Of a stretch of DNA of 26,891 bases, positions 17,882 to 26,584 are shown piece by piece. Under the pieces are notes generated by a model. It had not been told where the DNA came from, made no database searches, and saw only the letters and a program-made list of their open reading frames with translations. Position numbers and translations under genes: made by a program. Source of the DNA: Candidatus Bilamarchaeaceae archaeon (GTDB lineage: Archaea > Micrarchaeota > Micrarchaeia > Anstonellales > Bilamarchaeaceae); NCBI GenBank assembly GCA_038851325.1, contig JAWCKZ010000002.1:1-26891 (forward strand). Direction: 5' to 3'. Each line of letters opens with the position of its first letter. Positions within the stretch are counted from its first letter, which is position 1.

Positions 17882-18850
17882 TTACAATCTCCTCGCGTAC
17901 TTCTCCATCAGGCTGCAGTATTTCGCAATGCGCTTCTTCGAATCCTCGCTCGGCTTCTGTTCATATTCTATCGCAGCGACCTTCGCGCGTACATTCGCTC
18001 GATAGCATTTGTAGTAATCCAGAAGGAGAAGCAGCTCTTTATCACCAGTAAGCTTTATGTATTTTTCAACGAATGCCTTCGATAATTCCTCCTTTTCGAA
18101 GGCGTCCAGGTCCATCGCCATGAAGGCTATCTCGCTTGCTGTATCTATGTAACGAAAATCCTTATTGAATTCTATGCAATCAAATATGTATATCTTTTCT
18201 GTGAGGAATATGTTTGCAGAATGCAGGTCGCCGTGGCAATCTTTTATTCTACCGTCATTTTGCCTTTTCAGGAAAAGCCCCCTATTTTTTTCCATAAATT
18301 CATTCGTCTTTTTCAGTGCAAAATCAACCGCGTCTCCCATATCGCACGCGCGCTCTATGGCATCTTTGTGGAGTGCAAGGTCATCGACCTGTTGTTTCAC
18401 CACTTCAGGCGAGCCGTATCGCAGGTCCGTTATGATGTCTATTTTTGAGTGAAAATCCGCGACTATCTCCGCGATCTTCTCAACATCAACGCTTGAAACA
18501 ACGTTCCTTTCAAGTAAGCGATCCATCCTTCTGTCCTCCGGGAGCCTTTTCATCTTAACAGCATAATCTATCAGTTTGCCTTCTCCCTCAAAAAATATCT
18601 TATCTTCACGCTTGACAATGGGTATCACGCCGAGGTAGATATCTGGTGATAATCTCCTATTCAACCTGACTTCTTCTTCGCAATAATACTTTCTTTTTTC
18701 AAGAGTTGAAAAATCAAGAAAAGTGAACTTTACAGGGCGCTTTATCTTGTAGACGATATCTTTCGTGAGAAATATCCATGAGATGTGCGTCTCTATAAAC
18801 TCAGCATTTTTCATCTGCCCTTTAAGCACCCTGATGTCCTTCTCGTTCAT
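17882..18850 (-). CDS. COG2187-type aminoglycoside-phosphotransferase-like kinase
   Basis: ETHISWIFL, VYKIKRPVKFTFLDFSTLEKR, EVRLNRRL, CHGDLHSANI, FDCIEFN, YRANVRAKV. Likely start MNEKDI at 18850. Confidence 0.88.
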   Translation of the reverse strand: MNEKDIRVLKGQMKNAEFIETHISWIFLTKDIVYKIKRPVKFTFLDFSTLEKRKYYCEEEVRLNRRLSPDIYLGVIPIVKREDKIFFEGEGKLIDYAVKMKRLPEDRRMDRLLERNVVSSVDVEKIAEIVADFHSKIDIITDLRYGSPEVVKQQVDDLALHKDAIERACDMGDAVDFALKKTNEFMEKNRGLFLKRQNDGRIKDCHGDLHSANIFLTEKIYIFDCIEFNKDFRYIDTASEIAFMAMDLDAFEKEELSKAFVEKYIKLTGDKELLLLLDYYKCYRANVRAKVAAIEYEQKPSEDSKKRIAKYCSLMEKYARRL

Positions 18851-19349
18851 TCCACACCCCGAGGTATTTCTCAACCAGCTGAACTTGCTTTTCGAGCGGA
18901 AGCGAGGTATCAACGATGAGATGAGGTTCGCTTATAGGTTCAAATAACTCTTTAACCTTTTTATAAACAGCGAAATCCGCCTCGCTTTCGCTCGTTTTTT
19001 TTGTTCTAGAGAATAACCTTTTTTTCAATACGCGCTCATCCGTGGTGCATTCTATGATGAAAAAATCTGTTTTTGCCTTTTCTGCGTGTGCCTTTGCCTT
19101 CTCTCTATAATTTTTTTTGTAGAACGTCGCATCGAGTATAACACTCTTTCCATTAGCAAGAAGGTTACCAGCTTTCTTGAACATTTCTTCGTACACTATT
19201 TCTTTCTCCTTTTCAGAGTAAGTGCGTTGTTCAAGTATTTGCATTCGTATGCTGTCGCTGCTGATGGTAGCAGCGCCGATTTTTTCTGCAAGCGTTTTAG
19301 CAAGAGTGCTCTTCCCTGTTCCTGGAAGGCCGCAGATGATTACCAGCAT
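18822..19349 (-). CDS. P-loop kinase, AAA_33/COG0645 family
   Basis: ICGLPGTGKST, SSDSIR, VILDATF, R..SEAD. Confidence 0.9.
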   Translation of the reverse strand: MLVIICGLPGTGKSTLAKTLAEKIGAATISSDSIRMQILEQRTYSEKEKEIVYEEMFKKAGNLLANGKSVILDATFYKKNYREKAKAHAEKAKTDFFIIECTTDERVLKKRLFSRTKKTSESEADFAVYKKVKELFEPISEPHLIVDTSLPLEKQVQLVEKYLGVWNEREGHQGA

Positions 19350-19353
19350 CGTA

Positions 19354-20679
19354 TCATTCCTTCATCCTAAGCAATCTTACTAGTATAGGCGGTACTAAAA
19401 AAGCAGTGAGCAAAGCCATAGCAGATAGAATGGTGTACTCAGCAACGGTAAGTACGCCTTTTGAGAGTCCTATGGCTGCAATTATGAGCGCAACCTCTCC
19501 GCGAGGAGCCATCCCAAAGCCAATGATGGCTGCTTCTCTTGGCGAGAGTCCAACGCCGACGGCTGCTGCTCCACACCCAATGAGCTTTGTGGCTATCGCA
19601 ATTGCAGTGATCACCAGGATTGGCACAAAGAAACTTCCAAGTGCGTTTATATCCATAAGCATGCCAAGCGATATGAAAAATATCGGCATAAAAAGTAGTT
19701 CTAGTCCATAGGTTTTTTCTTCAAGAACAGAAAGGTGTCTGCTTCTGTTTAAAATAACACCAGAGAGAAAGGCACCTACTATCGCAGATAATCCTATCAC
19801 TTCTGCCACGTAGGCAAAGAAAAGCATAAATGCCATCGCTATCAAAAATCTTCTTGCGCTCATCTCCTTTCTGTCATAATACTCTATAAAATATCTGCTG
19901 GCTGCAACCGCCCCAGCCATGAATACAAATACTGTTATGAATGTCATCCCCACAGATACCAGCGCTTGTTCGCTTCCAGCTCCTGCAGAGGTAAGATTTA
20001 TAACAAGAGAAAGAACAAGAAGGCCAAGGACATCATCTATTACAGCAGCACCTATTATCACCTCGGCGAACCGTTTGGTTAGCAGCCCCATCTCTTTAAG
20101 CATGGCAACGGTTATTCCAACACTCGTTGCGGTTAGTGCAGCACCTACGAACATGGAATATGCAAAATTACCGCCCGTGAGCGAGGCATAGAAATAACCG
20201 CAAACAAACGGTAGAATGACGCCAGCGCTCGCAACGAAAGTGTTCTCTTTCGAAAATATCCTCTCCACTTTACTGTGAAGGCCAACCTTGAAAAGGAGGA
20301 TAATCGCTCCGAGCTGTGCAAACACGTTTATTATGCCTTCATCGCGTATTATTGTAGGTGGTTGTTGGGGAAGAGCGAGCGGTAGGTTCAATGAGAGCAA
20401 AAAACTCCATACCATTGTCATAAAACTAGCGCTCATAACTATACCAAGAATAAGAAGCACAATCACATTTTGCTGTTTAAGGTAAAATACAATCATCTCT
20501 GCAAAAACCGCAAGAAGCAAGAGAAAAACTATTTCAAAGTATATATGTTTCTCTTCTTCCACATATCCGAATATGCTTGTGCGCACTATCGAGAGAATCA
20601 GCAGCAGAAAGATGCTCAGGAGAAGCAACGTTATAATCGAGGAGAGTTTCTCACCCACGTCTTTTTTTTCCTTGGCCAT
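19354..20679 (-). CDS. CPA2-family cation:proton antiporter (NapA/KefB-like)
   Basis: LLFKVGL, ALTATSVGIT, GAAVIDDVLG, IVGAFLSG, FFISLG, MAPRGEVALI. Confidence 0.93.
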   Translation of the reverse strand: MAKEKKDVGEKLSSIITLLLLSIFLLLILSIVRTSIFGYVEEEKHIYFEIVFLLLLAVFAEMIVFYLKQQNVIVLLILGIVMSASFMTMVWSFLLSLNLPLALPQQPPTIIRDEGIINVFAQLGAIILLFKVGLHSKVERIFSKENTFVASAGVILPFVCGYFYASLTGGNFAYSMFVGAALTATSVGITVAMLKEMGLLTKRFAEVIIGAAVIDDVLGLLVLSLVINLTSAGAGSEQALVSVGMTFITVFVFMAGAVAASRYFIEYYDRKEMSARRFLIAMAFMLFFAYVAEVIGLSAIVGAFLSGVILNRSRHLSVLEEKTYGLELLFMPIFFISLGMLMDINALGSFFVPILVITAIAIATKLIGCGAAAVGVGLSPREAAIIGFGMAPRGEVALIIAAIGLSKGVLTVAEYTILSAMALLTAFLVPPILVRLLRMKE

Positions 20680-20702
20680 ATAGAATACCTTTCCTTTCCG
20701 TG

Positions 20703-20738
20703 CGATAGCTATCTTTATGACGATAGCTATCTTTATGA
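20703..20738. repeat. Perfect 2 x 18-bp tandem repeat CGATAGCTATCTTTATGA
   Basis: Read directly at 20703-20720 and 20721-20738. Each unit contains the 10-bp palindrome GATAGCTATC. Confidence 0.95.
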
Positions 20739-20772
20739 TGCGGTTTTAAAATCTTCTGGTTCAATCTATTCC

Positions 20773-21438
20773 ATGAGCGGTGAATATGTTCTTATTGAGG
20801 CGGTTTCGGCCAGGTTTGTTCAACTTGTGGAAGCCCCCCTTTCTGACCCTCAAATGCTCTGGTCAGCAGTTCCTCTTGTAATCGCGACACTATTCATGAC
20901 GCTCTATTTTGGAAAGTATAAGCAGGAGGAGCTTGGTTGGAATACAGCATTCGGCAATACGATGGTCTTCCTTTTTATGGCTCTCAATCTGATACGTCAG
21001 ATGTACTACGCAGACGGCGTTGGTTCCTGGGACAACGTGCTCTCCAACAATTTCTATCTTTCTGTTAGCATTGCGCTTACAGTCGTTGCCCTAGTGCTTA
21101 TGCTTATAACTTATTACCACCTTCTTCCCAGAAAAGTCGCCTTCTTTCTGTTTTCAGCCCCACCGATAAATGTTTCTGTTTATGTCTTGATGACAATAAT
21201 CTATACCGGAGTGCCTGCGGACTATATCACTCTACTCGCCGCACTTATCCTATTTTTTATAATATTTATTATTCTAAAATTGATTCAAACTCTTGAGCGT
21301 GCTGCTAGCAAACCAGAAGGGCTCTCTTTTATGCCTGAAGAAACAAAAGAGGAGAGATTTTTAAGAAAACTGAAAGAGAAGAACATCCAACTTGAGAAAT
21401 TGAGAAAGCGCGGAGGTACACAGGGGACCGATAGCTAG
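20773..21438 (+). CDS. Hypothetical integral membrane protein (~221 aa, about 5 TM segments)
   Basis: Hydrophobic segments from MSGEYV onward, with TATA-like TTTTAAAA at ~20744-20751. The track's upstream extension overlaps the antiporter. Confidence 0.75.
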   Translation: MSGEYVLIEAVSARFVQLVEAPLSDPQMLWSAVPLVIATLFMTLYFGKYKQEELGWNTAFGNTMVFLFMALNLIRQMYYADGVGSWDNVLSNNFYLSVSIALTVVALVLMLITYYHLLPRKVAFFLFSAPPINVSVYVLMTIIYTGVPADYITLLAALILFFIIFIILKLIQTLERAASKPEGLSFMPEETKEERFLRKLKEKNIQLEKLRKRGGTQGTDS

Positions 21439-21454
21439 GAATAAGAGAAATTAA

Positions 21455-21585
21455 CGCCCCGGGGAGGACTTGAACCTCCGGCCTGCTGATATCTGTTTTG
21501 CACATTAACAGTCAGCCGCTCTACCAACTGCACACCTTGAGTAGGCGTCAGCGAATTGCCGTTCAAGGCTCTGAGCTACCGAGGC
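21455..21585 (-). tRNA. tRNA-Asn(GTT) with two introns: 43 nt at 15/16 (21570-21528) and 15 nt at 37/38 (21505-21491)
   Basis: Spliced product GCCTCGGTAGCTCAG|TTGGTAGAGCGGCTGACTGTTA|ATCAGCAGGCCGGAGGTTCAAGTCCTCCCCGGGGCG (73 nt) folds as a cloverleaf with G73. Both introns have BHB-like junctions. Confidence 0.92.
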
Positions 21586-21715
21586 AGCATATTTGTGATG
21601 TCATCGACTAATGAAAGGTGATGACTTACCATAACATAAACATAAGAAGAGTTATAAGGATTTCCTTGGCAAAGATTTAAATGTTCCAAACGGATAGAAT
21701 GGATTGGGTGATTAT

Positions 21716-22675
21716 GTGAAAAATATCTTTATTATTTTAGTAGCCTCCTTGCTCCTGTTTGGATGTTTGGAGCAGTTTGGAGCGGGTACGCAGTCGCAAG
21801 CTACCGTATCCGAAGGAAATGCTGTTCCTCAAGAGAGCGAGAAGCAAGAAGAAGTAGAAACACAACAAACGGCGCAGGAAGAGCGTGAGGAATGTGTGCC
21901 AGCATATACCTTTTCAAAACTTGAGAAAGGCACACTTTCGAAAGAAACAGTGTTGGCAGTTAGTGCTAGTTGTGCCAGCGGAAAGATAATCTCTTTGCAT
22001 GTTGATGACGAAATGGTTGCGCAGCAAACAATTTCAACTAACAATCCAGCAGTACTGAATTTCATTCTCGTGCCAAAAAGAGATGGTACACGAACAATAG
22101 AAGTAAGAGCAAACAATAATATTGTTTATTCTTCTCAATGGGATGTTGCTCCTCTTGGAAGCATGGATACGAGCGGAAACAAAAATGATCCCGCTTCGGT
22201 AAAAGAGAAGATTGCAACTGCTTTTGACATTGACAGCGGAATAACAGTTAAGCGTATAGGAGCATATATGAGGAGATTATATTCAAACACGCTCCAAAAT
22301 TCTTATGTTGTCGCGGAAATTCGCGCGGATTCTAACGGTAATCCAGCATCAAGCCACGTAGCCAAAACAAGAATTCCGATTACGACCCCAACAATGAGCG
22401 AAAGATGGGTATGGTTTAATTTTGAGAATGGGGTTACATTACAACCGGGCCGCTACTGGGTGGTGTTTGGAGTCGAGCAGGAAACAGAAAATATTGTGAG
22501 CGACGTCGTGAATATCCATTATGTCGCTGAGGATACAACTGTACCTGGGAACAACTACACGCGAAAAATGGCTCTTGAATGGGATAATAATAAAAGAACA
22601 TATGTAGAGACAGAGTGGCAACCTCTCTCGTATGATAGAAGATATGCTGTTGTTCTGAGCGCGATTGAAGGCTAG
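21716..22675 (+). CDS. Putative secreted lipoprotein with beta-rich domains
   Basis: MKNIFIILVASLLLFGC lipobox (GTG 21716), Q/E-rich linker, LQPGRYWVV beta-sandwich-like motif. Confidence 0.75.
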   Translation: MKNIFIILVASLLLFGCLEQFGAGTQSQATVSEGNAVPQESEKQEEVETQQTAQEEREECVPAYTFSKLEKGTLSKETVLAVSASCASGKIISLHVDDEMVAQQTISTNNPAVLNFILVPKRDGTRTIEVRANNNIVYSSQWDVAPLGSMDTSGNKNDPASVKEKIATAFDIDSGITVKRIGAYMRRLYSNTLQNSYVVAEIRADSNGNPASSHVAKTRIPITTPTMSERWVWFNFENGVTLQPGRYWVVFGVEQETENIVSDVVNIHYVAEDTTVPGNNYTRKMALEWDNNKRTYVETEWQPLSYDRRYAVVLSAIEG

Positions 22676-22703
22676 CACCATAATTTACTGCAATGATCTT
22701 CTC

Positions 22704-22835
22704 GCAGGGGTGGCGGAGTTCGCACTAGAGTACATCGTGCGACCGAGATGGTCAATGCCTAAGCTCGACTAAACGCGTTAGGTTCAGGGCCTAATGACCT
22801 TAGGGTCTTCGGGAGTTCGAATCTCCTCCCCTGCA
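22704..22835 (+). tRNA. tRNA-Leu(CAG) with two D-loop introns: 30 nt at 15/16 (22719-22748) and 17 nt at 21/22 (22756-22772)
   Basis: Acceptor GCAGGGG/CCCCTGC-A73, anticodon arm TTAGG-TTCAGGG-CCTAA, variable arm GACC/GGTC, T arm GGGAG-TTCGAAT-CTCCT. Removing both BHB-flanked inserts gives the normal D arm GCGGAG|TGGTCAA|ACGC (85 nt mature). Confidence 0.9.
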
Positions 22836-22839
22836 GTAA

Positions 22840-23460
22840 CTATTTTTTCTTGTAATTAACGTGCCTTCCATCAACTATATACTGTCCTTTTGCAAAAGAG
22901 TCAACTATTTTTGGGTATGCAATGTGCTCATGCTTGAGTATTTTTTCTGCAACCTCCTCTCCACTCCTGCAATCGCTTATATCCACTGCCTCTTGGTAGA
23001 TGATCGGTCCTCCATCAACGTCTGCTGTTACAAAGTGAATCGTAAGACCGCTTATCTTGCACCCGTACTCATATGCATCTTGTTGCGCGTGCGTGCTTCC
23101 TTTAAAGGCTGGAAGAAGTGAGGGATGGATATTTATTATTTTGTACTTGTATGCATCAAGAAGCTCTTTAGAAATAATCACCCTCATATAGCCAGCAAGT
23201 ACAACAAGCTCCACACCATAATTGTCTAGAATTCTTTTTATCTCAAGGTCAAATTTCTCGCGCTCCGAAAACTTTTTTCTCTCTACTACCTCAGTAGGAA
23301 TGCCATGCGCTCTTGCCAGTTCAATGGCTCTTGCTTTTGGATTATCTGTGATTAAAACCTTTATGTTTGCAGCGCACTCCCCCCTTTCAGCCGCTTCTGT
23401 TATCGCAAGAAAATTGCTTCCCCTTCCGGATGCGAGAACCGCTATTGGTATCCTTTCCAT
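22840..23460 (-). CDS. purN: Phosphoribosylglycinamide formyltransferase
   Basis: VLASGRGSNF, LAGYMRV, INIHPSLLPAF, SGLTIHFV..DVDGGPII.Q, EH..YP. Confidence 0.95.
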   Translation of the reverse strand: MERIPIAVLASGRGSNFLAITEAAERGECAANIKVLITDNPKARAIELARAHGIPTEVVERKKFSEREKFDLEIKRILDNYGVELVVLAGYMRVIISKELLDAYKYKIINIHPSLLPAFKGSTHAQQDAYEYGCKISGLTIHFVTADVDGGPIIYQEAVDISDCRSGEEVAEKILKHEHIAYPKIVDSFAKGQYIVDGRHVNYKKK

Positions 23461-23536
23461 AAAATGATAAAGAAGAAAAAAAATTAATATGGTATCGGAT
23501 TAACGGTACCAAGTCTGTCTTCTGCGCTCTATCTCG

Positions 23537-24697
23537 TTATAGTCTACAGCAAAGGCTTAGTTGTCTTCCGCTTAACAACTCTTTCAAAAGGATACTTTCG
23601 GTGACATACCGTGAGAGAGGAAGCCGAAGTTTGGTGGAAATGTAAGAAAGAGCGCTCTTAAGGTTTTGAAATTCCCTTGATGGCTGCGCCATGGCCCAGC
23701 GGACGTTTTCTCGAACATTAAAAACACCCAACGGTACATATCCGCTATAAGCCTCTCTAAAAACTATAGCACCTGCCTGTTTCCGTTCTTTTGCCAAACC
23801 TTCAAGCAGGCTAAACTTACAGCTGTAATAGCATCCTCCAACCTTGGAGTACTCCTTCTTTCCCCTGTTTGTTTCGTAGTCAGTAAAGATGAGCTCCTCT
23901 TTCCCAAGAACATGTAAAAATGCTTCCATCCACTCGTACTGCCAAGCTGTTGGGATTAGAAGGATAGCGTAGTAATTTTTTAAGCTGGAGAACTCATGAA
24001 CCCTGTAACAATCTATAATGTCATAGTGCTTTACTTCTTCGAGCAAGCCGTCAGCCAGTGTCATGTCACACGCAGTTATAGACCATCTTGTCGGTACGAG
24101 CCTCCTTTTTATTCCAAATGCTCCCACAGAAAAAGCCTTTTGGATCTTGGAAAATGACACGCCAGATGTGTAGAGCCATCGAATCGCTTGAGCCGCTTTG
24201 AGATCGGTGTCGTAATATGCCTTTTCCAATAAATGCTCCCACCTACAGTTTCCAATATCGAATCTTTCTATCGGAGCACTCGGGCCAAACGGCGTGTGCT
24301 CGTCATCGAACCTCGCGTGACCAACTGGCGCGTACTTAAATTCAGCCTCGCTTTCGATTGAGGTCGCAGCAAGCGATATTTCCTGAAGTTTTTCAACAAG
24401 GCGATTATTTAGATCTTTTACAGAAACCTGTTGCTTTCCCCTTATAAGGTTCAAACGATAATTCACCAGTTCCTCTATTGTTTTGTTGTTTGGTATCCAG
24501 CTCTCTGGGGTATCTAGTATAGAAGTATCTCCACAAAAAGGTGCGAGCATCGGACCAGCGTAGACTTTCGGATAATTCCAACTTCCTATAAAAACAGATG
24601 GCGGTGTGCTCCCCTCGATACTTTTGCCAACTGCTACTGTCTTTAGACGCATTCTGGAAGTAAGCTTCTTGAGATATCCGCTTTTTCCAATAACCAT
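23537..24697 (-). CDS. Archaeal Nre-family DNA repair protein
   Basis: [61 protein letters not shown], and C-terminal PIP-like RQLSL. Confidence 0.85.
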   Translation of the reverse strand: MVIGKSGYLKKLTSRMRLKTVAVGKSIEGSTPPSVFIGSWNYPKVYAGPMLAPFCGDTSILDTPESWIPNNKTIEELVNYRLNLIRGKQQVSVKDLNNRLVEKLQEISLAATSIESEAEFKYAPVGHARFDDEHTPFGPSAPIERFDIGNCRWEHLLEKAYYDTDLKAAQAIRWLYTSGVSFSKIQKAFSVGAFGIKRRLVPTRWSITACDMTLADGLLEEVKHYDIIDCYRVHEFSSLKNYYAILLIPTAWQYEWMEAFLHVLGKEELIFTDYETNRGKKEYSKVGGCYYSCKFSLLEGLAKERKQAGAIVFREAYSGYVPLGVFNVRENVRWAMAQPSREFQNLKSALSYISTKLRLPLSRYVTESILLKELLSGRQLSLCCRL

Positions 24698-24761
24698 AAT
24701 GTCATAGTTTAAACTGCTAAATAAAAAGATATGCTTAGATGGTAATTTGAAAACCTTTTTG

Positions 24762-25346
24762 TCAACTTATAAATCGCGTTTCGCAGTCGCTCTCTAAGGA
24801 TACGCTAAGTTTTTCTGAGCAATTCATGACTTTTGCATCCACGCTTTCTCCAGAAACCTGAAGGAAGATAACATGAGCACCTAACTCAAGTACAGTATTT
24901 CGCGCGGTACGGATACCTTCTGAATGAAACCTACCCTCTTTAACATCAAGTACTAGCCCATCCTCTTTTATCTCTTTGAGGATTATTTTTACGCCCTCTA
25001 CGCTGAGAGAGCTATTTTTTCTTAGTTTTGCTTTCTTTGTGATTTTTCCAACATATATAAAATTGTCAAGGGATACAACATCCTCGCCAGGCAGTCTAAA
25101 ATTGACATGCTGCTGTTCCATACGTTCATCGTTGATAATTTCTCTACATGCCTCTCTAATTTCTTTGATGGATGGAGCATCCACACCCCACAAGGAAAGT
25201 TTGTCTCTTGGTTGTGCTGTCCTATCATGGACTATATCCTCATTGAGAGGATGTTCAAGCAACCCTGCTCGCCTTTTCGTATACTCTTTAATGCGCTTTT
25301 CCAAAATCTTAAGATAGTTGTAAAGCATTGTGTTCCTTTTTTTCAT
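24762..25346 (-). CDS. Hypothetical protein (orphan)
   Basis: 194-aa ORF filling the gap, with TATA TTTAAATA at 25369-25376. Confidence 0.65.
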   Translation of the reverse strand: MKKRNTMLYNYLKILEKRIKEYTKRRAGLLEHPLNEDIVHDRTAQPRDKLSLWGVDAPSIKEIREACREIINDERMEQQHVNFRLPGEDVVSLDNFIYVGKITKKAKLRKNSSLSVEGVKIILKEIKEDGLVLDVKEGRFHSEGIRTARNTVLELGAHVIFLQVSGESVDAKVMNCSEKLSVSLESDCETRFIS

Positions 25347-25399
25347 GTTGTAATTATGTTAAGAAATGTATTTAAATGTATGTACCTACGTTGCACTTG

Positions 25400-26557
25400 C
25401 TAATGCTTATGCAGCAAGACAACACTTTCCCTTGTTTTCACCTTGTGCGGCCTTACGTCTGCAATTCGATAGGCGCCTACGATGATTTCTGCCACCATGC
25501 CGAGCCGTTCGCCGATTGCCGCGAGTGCCTCATCAACGATTATGTGCTCGCGGAATATCACGGAATTGGAGACAACAATGTACGCGCTTCCTCCAGGCTT
25601 AAGCGTTCGTTTCATTTCCGAGATGGACCTTTCCATGTCTGCGAAATATGCTCCCACGAGAGGTATTCTGCTGCCCACTTCTTCTACTTCAGCCGGAACG
25701 TAACCCGCCTCTGCTTCCCTTTTTATAAAAGAACGAAGCGCGCGCACCCTTATTCTTGCTGTTGTTTCCTTGTCCAGCGTAAGAAGGCTAAGCTCAAGCC
25801 CGTAGACTTTCGAATAGTCGATATTGTTGAGATAAGGAGGGGACGTTACAATAATATCGCACGACTCGTCATCGTAAGGAAGCTCCCGCGCATCGCCCAA
25901 AACAACATCTGGCTCACGCCCACTTATACCTGCGTTCTCGATATCAGAAAGCATTTGTTTAACCTTCCGCTTGAACGCCTCTTTCGCTGGCATTGCGCTT
26001 TTTCTTTTGTCTATCTTCAGCACCCCGCCGTCCCTGATTACGATGCTTGACTGCGGCAGGACAGAGATGAGTGCGAGGAGAAGGAGATTTTTCGTTTTAT
26101 CACTGCATTCGCACTCCGCTATCGCTTCCCGTATATAGATTATATCATTGAGATTCCTTTTTGGGAACGCGACTGCCGGATCGAAAAGCTCGAACTCCCA
26201 TTCTATCCTCGGCTCACGGCGTTGTCTTAATATGTCTTTCATGAACTCTTTTGCCTCATTAATATCTTCCTTTTCGTAATTCGCACATTTTACTTTTGAG
26301 ACAAAGAACGCAAGTTCAGATATATCTGTGCCTTTTCCTACCAAACCCGCTTCCTTTGCGACAAGAAGCGATGTTCCGGTTCCGCAGAAAGGGTCTAGGA
26401 GAACGGCGTTGCTACCCAGGCGCTCGCGATTAAGAGCATATTCAACAATTTCCGGTGAGTACCCTTCCTTATAATAAAACCAGCGGTGGATGGGCTTCTG
26501 TTTGCTGGATTCGAATGTCATGTAAGGGCCGAGGGAAAGGTTTTCAGAGATTTTCAT
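25400..26557 (-). CDS. Amino-type DNA methyltransferase, probably N4-cytosine (motif I before motif IV, alpha-like order)
   Basis: IHRWFYYKEGYSP, motif I LDPFCGTGT, motif IV IVTSPPYLNN, LKPGG, RESVV. Likely start MKISENL at 26557; the track's first 36 aa look like a different gene remnant. Confidence 0.88.
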   Translation of the reverse strand: MKISENLSLGPYMTFESSKQKPIHRWFYYKEGYSPEIVEYALNRERLGSNAVLLDPFCGTGTSLLVAKEAGLVGKGTDISELAFFVSKVKCANYEKEDINEAKEFMKDILRQRREPRIEWEFELFDPAVAFPKRNLNDIIYIREAIAECECSDKTKNLLLLALISVLPQSSIVIRDGGVLKIDKRKSAMPAKEAFKRKVKQMLSDIENAGISGREPDVVLGDARELPYDDESCDIIVTSPPYLNNIDYSKVYGLELSLLTLDKETTARIRVRALRSFIKREAEAGYVPAEVEEVGSRIPLVGAYFADMERSISEMKRTLKPGGSAYIVVSNSVIFREHIIVDEALAAIGERLGMVAEIIVGAYRIADVRPHKVKTRESVVLLHKH

Positions 26558-26584
26558 ATCATCACAGCCGTAGCGCGTCGTTCT

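Noticed and set aside
20703..20738. Possible mini-CRISPR array
   Set aside because: The repeats are only 18 bp and directly adjacent with no spacer, and there are no cas genes.
20470..20772. N-terminal 101 aa of the 322-aa plus-strand ORF, including the repeat DSYLYDDSYLYD
   Set aside because: It is antisense to the antiporter and crosses the promoter region. The peptide repeat is simply the 18-bp DNA duplication translated.
21586..21660. GTCATC/GATGAC hairpin and GTGATGA (box C-like) upstream of tRNA-Asn
   Set aside because: No properly placed box D (CTGA) follows, so a C/D guide RNA is unsupported. It is at most a pre-tRNA leader hairpin.
24762..25346. Orphan ORF as the cognate restriction endonuclease of the methyltransferase
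   Set aside because: No recognisable nuclease motif and it has its own promoter. REases are divergent, so a profile search is still needed to exclude it.
25376..26050. 224-aa plus-strand ORF and the many other short ORFs antisense to or nested in recognised genes (e.g. 2511..3053, 1693..2085, 4205..4612)
   Set aside because: They are shadow ORFs of well-supported genes, with no motifs or expression signals.
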